From Euprymna scolopes (taxonomy: Eukaryota): a stretch of 64,000 bases of DNA. This document shows, one piece after another, positions 28,380-40,418 of this stretch (within the stretch, counting starts at the first letter, position 1; the number at the start of each line of letters is the position of its first letter). The translations under genes and the position numbers were made by a program. Under the pieces are notes generated by a model. That model did not search any database. It worked only from the letters and a program-made list of their open reading frames with translations, and had not been told where the DNA came from. Location: NCBI GenBank assembly GCA_053919585.1, contig CM132816.1. One strand, given 5' to 3'.

Positions 28380-29569
28380 GGGGGATAAATAAGGAGTTCA
28401 TGAGAAAAGCATGCGTGTTTCGTGCTTTTTTTTATATCTTCGTGTGGCCGGAAGTAATGTGGTACTGCTATAGAACTTTCATGTCGAAACATATGCTTCA
28501 ATTGTTGCTTTGAATCATTCAGTAACCTCATTTGCACACTCTCCGTCTCCAATGTGATCTCTCAGACAGCCTCCTTGAAGTACCTTGTTGTTTTGAGTAA
28601 TGGCTTATCAACTTGTGGTCGAGAGGTTAGAATTATATCTACTAGTATCACGGCGTGGTCAACATTTCCGAGTGGGCTATCACGTATTTGTTACACAATC
28701 CTCGGGAACTGTGGGCAGAAATAAACTTAGAAGTGGGGCTTCTTGATCCTATTGGAAACGTGATAGGGAGTGGGATATAGAAAGCTAAGTGTGATGCTGC
28801 ATTTGTGTAACTAGAGAAATCAATCTAGTTACTGCGGTGAACATTAAAGTAACCAAATTAATATACTTGAGCCCTAGTATCTAGGAAGAGTGCATGTCAG
28901 ATACATGGTTGATTAGGGTACAGTCCTATGTGGTCGAGGGAGAACGATAGAGAAAATATAAGTAACTAACGTGGGTTTAGTTTAAAGCACATAAAGGTAT
29001 GGTGGCCTTATTCTAGTTTAGATTCTCTAGTCAAGCGGAAAATGTTTTGAATATAGACTCCAAGTCCGCGCGTGTGACTGTCTGAGCCCTTATGGCAAAG
29101 TGGAAAATAACTAGACAGTAGTTAGAAGGTATGTATGAGTGCAGATTAGTTTAACTAAGCGCTTAGATATCCAGGTAGTTTGCTTGGAGAAATGATTCTA
29201 CATCGTTTAAGTTAGTTCTAAGTCCATGAATATTTATGATACAAGCCTTAAGGGGAAAGGTAAATTGGTTGTGTGTCTGGTTTGATCGTGTTTTTTTAAA
29301 TGAGCTGTCATTTCATTTAAAAGTTTCATTTTTAATGTGAGTAGTGTTGAAGCAAGTAGATATGCATAATACAAATAGACCATCAGCCGAGTCTCCACCT
29401 ACAAGATTGTGGCCTCGGTAAACCTCACCGGAAATAGGTGCAGGGTCCCTTTTCATATGCGACTGATATCAGGCAACTGATGATAGAGGCGCTACTCTAA
29501 GCGTTACCGAAGAGTAAGGGCTACTTTACTGTCATTCAATCAGTTTTATTAGAATATCATCTGCAAAAA

Positions 29570-30810
29570 TCTGTTGCGAAATCCAGGTCCCCTAACATTT
29601 TATCCGTCGTTTTTTTTTTTGGGGGGGGATAGCGAGTGCCACCTTCATTCCATGCTGCCATCTTTTTATTTTATATAGTCCTTTATGTGTAATAAGAATT
29701 TGACATACTTTTCTTTCATTGCTATTTACAAATATGTTTCTAACAAATCTATTTGAGTAAATATTCAACCACTGTTTCTTTTTGCAAAAATTTCTTACCC
29801 TGTTGTAAGGGGATAGCTTAGTTCTTTGAAACAATCATTAAAACTGGTAGAATAATTAGCACAAATTTTGATTTTATTTTATTATTTTACATACACAGTA
29901 GATGCTTCCCGGGGACTGTCGTGCGTTTTTCTCTCACACCATGTTTTTCTAATCGTTCTGGTTCATTATCAATAACTTTTACCGATGCATAAGGTACTGA
30001 TCTTTTACAGTGGAAAACTGGTATTATATTTTCTTCCAATTTGAACTTTGCCTTAGCTTTATAACAAAATCCCAATCCTTCCGAAAAAAATTATGGAAAA
30101 TTTTCTGATAAATCTTTTGTAGTTATCTGAAAATTTCAGAATACTATTTTATTGCAGAAAGTATTTATTGGAATATTAAATAGATCGAATTCCGCCTTCC
30201 AATTTGTTCAAAACAAATTCTGTGAATTTCGCATGAGAAAATGTTTTCTTTTCCGTTTAAGCAAGTCTTGATATAAATGTAATTTCCCACGTTACACGGA
30301 ATTATTTTAAATAAGGTTTTTATTAACTTAAGTGCGTTTAGTGTGTGAATATTGGCTTTATCACGCTCATCGACTTTTGCGTTGTCCACTCTTAAATTTA
30401 TAATTTTTTGCCATTCTTCTGTTACATTTTTTAGAGAAATGTTTTGATTCTTCACAATTTAAGTAAGTAACCGGGCCCCCATCTCTTTTTTTTCTGGTGT
30501 GTAGCTTAAGTCTTGTGCGAATATAAGACATTTAAACATGCCGGACGTTATTTCGTTCAACTGTTTACTTAACTTGCATTCCTTGTGTAATCCTCTAATT
30601 TTATTTGTCAGGTTTAGACATTGCAAGTGAATATTAAGCAGCGAACTTTACTTCCCATCTTCGTTAATATTTGTATTGTTTCTTTGAATGTGACTTCTAA
30701 TTGATCGTCTAAAATATTTGGTATATTTTTACATGTCCTATTGGCCTGAACTTTCCTAATAGGAATTATATTTTCTTCTCGCCGGATCAGTTTTACAGTC
30801 ATTTTCAAAA
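29570..30810 (-). mobile_element. Degenerate Ty3/Gypsy LTR retrotransposon fragment (gag remnant, protease region, RT N-terminal part)
   Basis: Minus-strand peptides LNEITSGMFKCLIF..., ISLKNVTEEWQKIINL, GFCYKAKAKFKLEENIIPVFHCKRSVPYASVKVIDNEPERLEKHGV and ILITHKGLYKIKR. Many stops and frameshifts. Confidence 0.75.
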
Positions 30811-31438
30811 ATTTCTTTGTACTTGCGAAAGATACGTAAATCCAAATTTGATGCTAAAATAACACTCGTCGGCAAAACACATAAAGCGAAGATTTATGTC
30901 ATGTAAGGGAAAAATAAAAAATCTATTCGGCATTAATTTAATTGTTTTATTTAATTTGTTGGAGATGCTGACAAACGCGTTTTATAGCTTAAATGCTTCG
31001 CCTATGGGAAAATCAAAGCAGACTGAAAAAATTATTAAGGAAATTTAACAAAGTTTTTTCAGGCACACTTGGTTGTTGTACGAAGTTGAAGTTTCGAATT
31101 AAAAGACAACGTAAAACTAGTATTGAAGCCAAAAAGAAAAGTTCCATTTCCATTGTTAGAAACAATAGACCAAGAATTAGAATAAAATTGAATAATTTAA
31201 AAAGTAGACTACTCTAAATGGGCATCACCTAGAGTCTAGGTGAAAAAAAAAACAGAATAAACAAGGGTTGGAGTGGATTTTTAACCAGGACTGAATTAAT
31301 ATTTAAGTGGCCATTCGTATAACCTTTTCACACGGGAGGAGACATTTTAAAAGTTAAATGAAGGCAAAATATTCCCGAAAATTGATTTGTCAGAAGATTA
31401 TCTGCAAGTCGAGGTAAAAAAAGAATGTACAAAGTAGT

Positions 31439-33422
31439 TAAACATTAACACAAAATTATGTGTTGATTAAACATTAACAAATAATTATGTGTTCATTAAA
31501 CATAAACACATAATTATATGTTCATTAAACATTAACACATAATTATATGTTGACTATTCATTAATACATAAGTATGTGTTGATTTAACATTAAAACAATT
31601 GTGCATTGATTTAACATTAAAACATAATTATGTGCTGATTAAACATTAAAACATAATTGTCTGTTGATTTAACATTAACACATAATTATGCATTGATTTA
31701 ACATTAACACATAATTATGTGTTGATTAAACAGTAACACATAATTGTGTGTTGATTTAACATTAAAACATAATTATGTGTTGATTAAAACTTAACACATA
31801 ATTATGTGTTGATTAAAACTTAACACATAATTATGTGTTGATTAAAACTTAACACATAATTATGTGTTGATTAAACAGTAACACATAATTGTGTGTTGAT
31901 TTAACATTAACACGTAATTATGTGTTGATTAAAACTTAACACATAATTATGTGTTGATTAAAACTTAACACATAATTATGTGTTGATTAAACAGTAACAC
32001 ATAATTGTGTGTTGATTAAAACATTAACACACAATTATGTGTTAATGTTTAATCAACACACTATGTGCTGATTAAGCATTGACACATAATTATGCGTTGA
32101 TTAATACATTAACACATCATTATGTGTCGATTACACATTAACACGTAATTATGGGTTGATTAAACATTAACATACATAATTATATGTTGATTAAACATTA
32201 ACACACATAATTATGTGTTGATTAAATATTAAAACATAATTATGCGTTGATTACACATTAACATATAATTATGTGTTGATTACACATTAACACATAATTA
32301 TGTGTTGATTAAAACATTAACACACATAATTATGTGTTGATTAAAACATTAACACACATAAGTATATGTTGATTAAACATTAACACACATAAGTATATGT
32401 TGATTAAACATTAACACACATAATTATATGTTGATTAAACATTAACACACATAATTATATGTTGATTAAACATTAACACACATAATTGCGTGTTGATTAA
32501 AACAATAACATACAATTTTATGTGATGACTAAAACATTAACACACATAATTATATGTTGATTAAACATTAACACACATAATTATATGTTGATTAAACATT
32601 AACACACATAATTGCGTGTTGATTAAAACAATAACATACAATTTTATGTGATGACTAAAACATTAACACACATAATTATGTGTTGATTAAACATTAACAC
32701 ACATAATCATATGTTGATTAAACATTAACACACATAAGTATATGTTGATTAAACATTAACACACATAATTATGTGTTGATTAAAACATTAACACACATAA
32801 TTATATGTTGATTAAAACATTAACACACATAATTATATGTTGATTAAACATTAACACACATAATTATATGTTGATTAAACATTAACACACATAATTATAT
32901 GTTGATTAAAACAATAACACACATAATTATATGTTGATTAAACATTAACACACATAATTATATGTTGATTAAAACAATAACACACATAATTATATGTTGA
33001 TTAAACATTAACACACATAATTACGTGTTGATTAAAACAATAACACACATAATTTTATGTGATTACTAAAACATTAACACACATAATTATGTGTTGATTA
33101 AAACATTAACACACATAATTATATGTTGATTAAAACATTAACACACATAATTATGTGTTGATTAAACATTAACACACATAATTATATTGTTGATTAAACA
33201 TTAACACACATAATTACGTGTTGATTAAAACAATAACACACATAATTTTATGTGATGACTAAAACATCAACACACATAATTATGTGTTGATTAAAACATT
33301 AACACACATAATTATGTGTTGATTAATCATTAACACACATAATTATATGTTGATTAAAACATTAACACACATAATTATGTGTTGATTAAACATTAACACA
33401 CATAATTATGTGTAGATTAAAA
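31439..33422. repeat. 29-32-bp satellite AACATTAAC(AC)ACATAATTATGTGTTGATTA with a palindromic core, ~65 units
   Basis: Direct periodicity. Core AACACATAATTATGTGTT is its own reverse complement. Mostly 29-bp units on the left and 31-32-bp units on the right. Confidence 0.97.
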
Positions 33423-34975
33423 CTATTGCCTTTCGGTCTTAAAGTAGCACCGAGCCTATTTTTACAAATCATGGATACGATGCTTTTTTATTACTTAGAC
33501 GACATATTAATAAAGAGGGATGATTTTAAAGAAAACAAAATCACACCCGAGTTTTTCAGATAATTGAGAACTACAGATTTAAGATTGAAATTGAAAACTG
33601 TGCGAATATTTCAGGAACAAATTAGGGGATTTGTGTGAGAAAATCGATCCTGAAAGAAGACTAAAACCAAAAGAAACGGAAGTCATAAAAAATATGCCTA
33701 TTTCTAATAACATAACTAAACTGCAATCATTTCTAATAACATAACTAAACTGCAATCATTTCTTGGATTAGCAAACTACTATAATTTATGTATTCTTAAT
33801 ATGTACGAATTTAAAGCGCTATGGAATAAATAATCGAGTTTTAAGTAAAAATGGACGAGAGAATGCGATGATACATTTAATAAAATAAAGAAGTGCTTAT
33901 TATCGGATTTAGCTTTAGCGCACTACGATCCGGTAAAGAAATTAAATGTAGATTCAGGCGCAAGTGAGTATGGCTAGGGGCTCTTACACAAATTCGAGGA
34001 ATGAGTAACAAACTTCAAGCTAATGCTTCAAGAGTTTTGCTAATGGCGGAGAAAAACTATCGTAAAAGTAAGGAGAATTCGCAATAATGCGTGAAAAATT
34101 TCGTAGATTTATTCATGGAAGAACATTTGTTTATGAACCGACCATAAAATATCATGGTCGATTTGGAGGTCGAAGTTCAAAATACAATTTATGCTATCCA
34201 AGAAAATCGCACACGCGAGATTAATTGCGGAAAACGCTGAACTGTTGGAAGGAAAAGTGATTGTAGCACTGAAATAACAAGAACTAACGGAAGTATTGAC
34301 TAACATCATCAGCAAATTACCAGTTACGCTGGAAGAAATTAAAAAAGCAGCTAAAACGAACGAATACATAAGTAAACAAGTGAAAGGGAATAAGTTTTGA
34401 AAGAAGTTTATTTAAGATATCCAGGTATATCCAGAATTAATTCATTAATGCGATGTTTATCACCGCAGAGATTATGTATGCAAGAAAAATACTTTTAATA
34501 TTCGACAAATTGTTGTCAAATAGAAAGAAGGACGAAAATAAATACGAAAATAAATACGAACTATAAATCGTATAAAAAAGGGAATTGAGTTTTTTTTTAG
34601 GAATTATCGGACTAGAAAATGTTTCTTTTTGGGAGGGGGATTGTAACTAGAAGAATCGGGAGTAATCTACATAATTCACAATTCAAGGGGTAAAGTTTGT
34701 CTATAAGATACATCTAATCATACATAGAAACCGTCCAAAACGATGAAGAAATACAAATAGGTGTATTTTATGACTCTTTTCAAATAAAAGAAAATTAGAA
34801 TTTTGATAGAAGCAACAACGAAACAAAAAAAAAACTACTGATTCTTCTAAATGTGAAATTACACGGGCGAATGAATAATAGTGGGAAAATGGAGAGGGCT
34901 AAACATTTAAGTCTTAATCCTAAAAGAAAAAAATACTGAAAGTAAAATTCGATGAAGACTTTTGTTCGGGGAAGG

Positions 34976-35113
34976 TGATATAGTGAAAGCTGCTGACACT
35001 CCCTGAGAATAGATTACTCAATCGATAAAAGATGCTAACAAGCGAGAAATAAGTAAAATTTGATATTACGGCATTCAAGAAATCATTTAGGTGTAAATAT
35101 CTAATTTCTTACA
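34976..35113 (+). repeat. Candidate short 3' LTR of the Gypsy element
   Basis: TG...CA ends immediately after a polypurine tract. No second copy was found in the window. Confidence 0.45.
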
Positions 35114-35159
35114 TTGTAGCTTTTCTGAACAATAAACCTGTTATGCTTACTTTGTGTGT

Positions 35160-35990
35160 TGACCATCATTTAATCTGAATTAATTCATAATGAATTAATT
35201 CCTCCATAGATATATCAGATTTGATGACTTGTAATGAGTATAGGGAATCTCCATGAAATTTCTTTGTATTTTCATCTCAATTATATTTTGTCCATCAGCT
35301 ATGAGTTCAAACCTCCATGTTCGAGTTGCTTTTTTGTTCAATTATATTGATAATCTTCTCTGGCATTTTGTATATTCTCACGCACTCTATTATCCATATC
35401 TGAATTATCTTTTTGTATGCTTTCTTGTAGCCGATCCCTACTATGGTTATGTTTTTCTACTTTTTTGTACATGTATAATAGATTATCTGTTTCTACTTTC
35501 TCTTTTTGATATAGTTTTGTTCATCGGGAAGTAGCTAATGGTTATTGAGAGAGTGGTAACTTTGTTCTCTCAGTTGTGCTGTTAATATTTTCCACGTGGT
35601 TGGTAAGCAGATTATGGGCCTGTTGTTGGAGGCGGTTCCCGCTTTATTATATTAGTGTATTTTTACCTCTGGTCATCCATTCTGGCACGTATGTTTTGAG
35701 GTAACATCTTTTCAGATTTGAAATTTCATGTAATATCGTGAACTTTTGGAGCCAGTAAGCGTATATTCCATCGTGATTTGTCATTTTTCGCAGGGTTGTC
35801 TTGAGTGTTTCATTGTGGAATTTGTTTTCTGCTCCTTTTTCGTGTCTTTTAGTCATTCGAAATTTCTATTTTGGTCTTATCGCTCTTCCTATATCCAGTA
35901 GAGTTTTGTTTCTGTTGGGTACGGTTGTTCTGTTTTTGCTTTTCCTAATTATTTATCCGAAATATGAACAAATCAGAAATCTCCCAATTT
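35160..35990 (-). mobile_element. Degenerate R4/Dong-like (RLE clade) non-LTR retrotransposon RT fragment
   Basis: HDGIYAYWLQKF...VPEWMTRGKNTLI, GTASNNRPIICLPTTWKIL, YKKAYK...WIIECVRIY and GDSL motifs on the minus strand. Confidence 0.75.
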
Positions 35991-37447
35991 ATCGTCTGCA
36001 GATCTCGAAAGAATCAAGAAAATTCGGGAATGTCTGTTACATTTTTAGACGACTATTCTACAGTTGTACATTTTACTTCAAATCTATCTATTTACATCAA
36101 TATAGAAATTTCAGAGTAAGACAATGAACGGTGTCCCAAATCTCTACATGCCTCTTTGTCTACTGAATATCTACACGTCGCCCTAAGGAGAATATCAGGA
36201 CATAACTTGTGTTAAATTTTAAATATGTATATGCGATTTTAATGGCATTTAAACCATAGAACTTTTAAAAATTTAAGTTTATTTCAAAACTTTTAAGCAC
36301 TTAATTGAAAGTCATATGATGTTATGAGTTTCTCATTCAATCCCGAGCGCCATCAAGTCTCCTTGCTATGATTAAACTCTTTTACTCTTTTTATTAGTTG
36401 ACTTACTCTTCAGTTAAATGAGTTCCCATACGAATTCCATAAAAACCAAGAGTTACTGTTGTGAAAAGATATTCAGGTTGACAGATGTCATCATCCGGAG
36501 AATGTAAGAAATTAGTTCGTCTCAGTAATAGCCACCTCCACTGCCATTCGAAGGTTCATAAACAAATCAAAACAAAGATGGCGTTCAATGAATTAATCCA
36601 GCAAGAAAAGTAGATAAGCTACGAACTTCATTTTGAAAGGATGTACAAAAGATATCATTCCTTAATCATTAATCAATAACGCTTTAGTAACGTCACTTGC
36701 TGATTATTTTTACTTTGATTCGTCCGAACCAAGAGGCACGAATTCCCGGTGGGATGCAAGGGGATACTAGGAATTCGGGTCCAGATATATAGGGGGCACC
36801 ATAAGTGAGGAATTGTACAGCGAGATTTAAATTTATGACCATTGATACAGTTAGGAAAACAAAAACAGCTCGAAGAAAGAATTTATTAGTTTACGTGAAT
36901 CCGAATTAGCTGAGTGACGTGTTGGTGAGGTGTATTTATATCGAAGTGTGTAGGCAGAGTAGCATATTTGTCGGTGTACAGTTTAAGTATTGTAAAACAA
37001 GTGCAGAGATGCAATATTGCGACGGCGGGACAGGGGCTTAAACTTGGTTCGCAGTGAGGTGCCCATAAGACTCTTTTTAGATCCTGTCTAAAAGGAAGAA
37101 ATGTGTGGTTGGTACACCAGTTTAGATCTGAAAACAATATTCTATGCATGGATGTGTGGTGGCTTTATAGAGATATATGATACTTTCAGGTGTGAGAAGT
37201 TTTCTCACACGGTAGAGGGGGCCCACTTTCCTTGCAGCAGCCTTGGCAGTATCATCTATATATTTATTCCAATATTAACTCAATTTCAAAATTATCACCC
37301 CTTCAGTCTAATTCCGCTCTGCGCTACAATTTCTAAATCTTAAATCTATTGATGGTCCGCTACCTCGTTAATGCTAAACCTCTTTATGACCATCAGTATG
37401 AATTTCAGACATGCGTTCAGAGATAAGCGTTAGGATATCCGTCTTGC

Positions 37448-39242
37448 TTATCATATACACTAGACAATTATCATATACACTAGACAAATATCATATACAC
37501 TAGACAATTATCATATACACTAGACAAATATCATATACACTAGACAATTATCATATACACTAGACAATTTTCATATACACTAGACAAATATCATATACAC
37601 TAGACAATTATCATATACACTAGACAAATATCATATACACTAGACAATTATCATATACACTAGACAATTATCATATACACTAGACAATTTTCATATACAC
37701 TAGACAATTTTCATATACACTAGACAATTTTCATATACACTAGACAATTATCATATACACTAGACAATTTTCATATACACTAGACAATTATCATATACAC
37801 TAGACAATTTTCATATACACTAGACAATTATCATATACACTAGACAATTATCATATACACTAGACAATTTTCATATACACTAGACAATTATCATATACAC
37901 TAGACAATTATCATATACACTAGACAATTATCATATACACTAGACAATTTTCATATACACTAGACAATTATCATATACACTAGACAATTTTCATATACAC
38001 TAGACAATTATCATATACACTAGACAATTTTCATATACACTAGACAAATATCATATACACTAGACAATTTTCATATACACTAGACAATTATCATATACAC
38101 TAGACAATTTTCATATACACTAGACAATTATCATATACACTAGACAATTATCATATACACTAGACAATTATCATATACACTAGACAATTTTCATATACAC
38201 TAGACAATTATCATATACACTAGACAATTTTCATATACACTAGACAATTATCATATACACTAGACAATTATCATATACACTAGACAATTATCATATACAC
38301 TAGACAATTATCATATACACTAGACAATTTTCATATACACTAGACAATTATCATATACACTAGACAATTTTCATATACACTAGACAATTATCATATACAC
38401 TAGACAATTATCATATACACTAGACAATTATCATATACACTAGACAATTTTCATATACACTAGACAATTATCATATACACTAGACAATTTTCATATACAC
38501 TAGACAATTATCATATACACTAGACAATTTTCATATACACTAGACAAATATCATATACACTAGACAATTTTCATATACACTAGACAATTATCATATACAC
38601 TAGACAATTTTCATATACACTAGACAATTATCATATACACTAGACAATTATCATATACACTAGACAATTATCATATACACTAGACAATTTTCATATACAC
38701 TAGACAATTATCATATACACTAGACAATTTTCATATACACTAGACAATTATCATATACACTAGACAATTATCATATACACTAGACAATTATCATATACAC
38801 TAGACAATTATCATATACACTAGACAATTTTCATATACACTAGACAAATATCATATACACTAGACAAATTTTATATACACTAGACAAATATCATATACAC
38901 TAGACAATTATCATATACACTAGACAATTATCATATACACTAGACAATTATCATATACACTTAACAATTATCATATACACTAGACAATTATCATATACAC
39001 TAGACAAATATCATTTACACTAGACAATTATCATATACACTAGACAAATATCATATACACTAGACAATTATCATATACACTAGACAAATATCATATACAC
39101 TAGACAATTATCATATACACTAGACAGTTTTCATATACACTAGACAATTATCATATACACTAGACAATTATCATATACACTTAACAATTATCATATACAC
39201 TAGACAATTTTCATATACACTAGACAATTTTCATATACACTA
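37448..39242. repeat. 20-bp satellite TCATATACACTAGACAATT(A/T), ~90 units, highly homogeneous
   Basis: Exact 20-bp phase is kept throughout. Variation is almost only CAATTA/CAATTT/CAAATA. Confidence 0.99.
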
Positions 39243-40284
39243 AATTAAATCGAAAATAAACAAAATACCGATATAAGCACATCCAATAAATGTCACTAAT
39301 TGTGCAAAAACGTAATTTGTAACTGTATTTTGTTGAAAACCTGCCGTATATGAACAAAAACCAAAATGGTTGTCTGATTCAAGCTATAGCCAACTTCGTT
39401 AATTGTTAAAATATAACAAAATGCTGGTAGAACATTATACGCTTGGTGGCAATTATTGGATGTGTTTCTATCAGTATTTTGCTTAATTTTCAATTTTGGA
39501 GTGATTATCAAGGCTCGAATGTAACCACCATTTTGTTTTTCGTTATATTTCGATAGGTTTTACATTATCTTTATTTTTAACTAAAAAGCAATCCAGGTAA
39601 AAGAGTAACTTAGCTTGCTTTTTGGTAACATTTACTTCTTGTGTATTTATTTTTTCTCTATTTTCTTTGTTAAATGTTCTGTTAAATTCAAATTGTAGCT
39701 TAAATTTTTTTAATAATTTTTACCAATACAATCTTCGTGATCACTTTTATAAACTAAACAACATTATCGGCATTTTCTCAGAATCTCTATTGCAAAGGAA
39801 ATATATAGCAAGTCGATATTGACTTGTCAGGAAATCAGTATCGATATATTTGACAAGATACGAATTGATCAATAAAGGAAGAGACAATATATCAACAAAC
39901 GCCAATATTACTTAATCTTTCGTCTGTTAGTGTTGATGATTTACTTTTGATACTATCTCGGAGAATAAATATGTAGAAAATGTGTAAGGAAAATCCTTTA
40001 AAATTACTGCGCCCTCTGTAGATGTGTAATGTTGCAGCAACGTAAAGCAATTCAATAACCAGTAAACACCGGTTCTGCACGGAATCCAACTAGCAAGGTA
40101 CCTAGACGGACGCGAACGGTTACTCAGAACGGACCCAACAATCGGTTACTCAGAACGGTCCCAACACCGGTAAGATATGCTCACACCCACACGGCACGAG
40201 AAGCAACAGCAACACGATTCCCGACCAAGTCAATCATCGCTCTCCCAACGTCTTTCAATCACCCGCTTTTATGGCCGTTGCAGG

Positions 40285-40418
40285 CCGGCTAAATTTGCAT
40301 ATTGCGAGAATTCATGTGACTTTGCGAGATATCATCCTTTACAAAAGACGGCGGCCGCCATCTTGATCTTTCTTTCTCTATTTTCGGTCGGCGACGCCGA
40401 GCCGGCCCCGAGGTAAGT
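40285..40418 (+). promoter_or_regulatory. Probable Pol II housekeeping-type promoter and short first exon
   Basis: Local CpG-rich patch with octamer ATTTGCAT (40293), TTGCGAGA twice, E-box TCATGTGAC, a double YY1-type site AAGACGGCGGCCGCCATCTT (40345-40364), a pyrimidine tract, and a consensus donor GAG|GTAAGT at 40413. Confidence 0.6.

Larger units (their letters stand above)
30820..35113 (+). mobile_element. Degenerate Ty3/Gypsy element (RT-RNase H, 3' remnant, PPT and candidate 3' LTR), with RT split by a satellite
   Basis: FSGTLGCCTK, WASP and KIDLSEDYLQVE lie before the array. LPFGLKVAPSLFLQIMDTML, YLDDILI (~33492), LQSFLGLANY and LAHYDP...ASEYG lie after it. A purine tract GGGGAAGG is followed by TG at 34976 and TTCTTACA at 35113. 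Confidence 0.85.

Noticed and set aside
28400-29300. Possible Penelope-like RT remnant (minus strand)
   Set aside because: Only vague motif echoes; a profile search is needed.
36750-37430. Possible Penelope-like RT remnant (MGTSL-like motif, minus strand) next to the 20-bp satellite
   Set aside because: Too degenerate to support by eye, so the origin of the 20-bp monomer is left unassigned.
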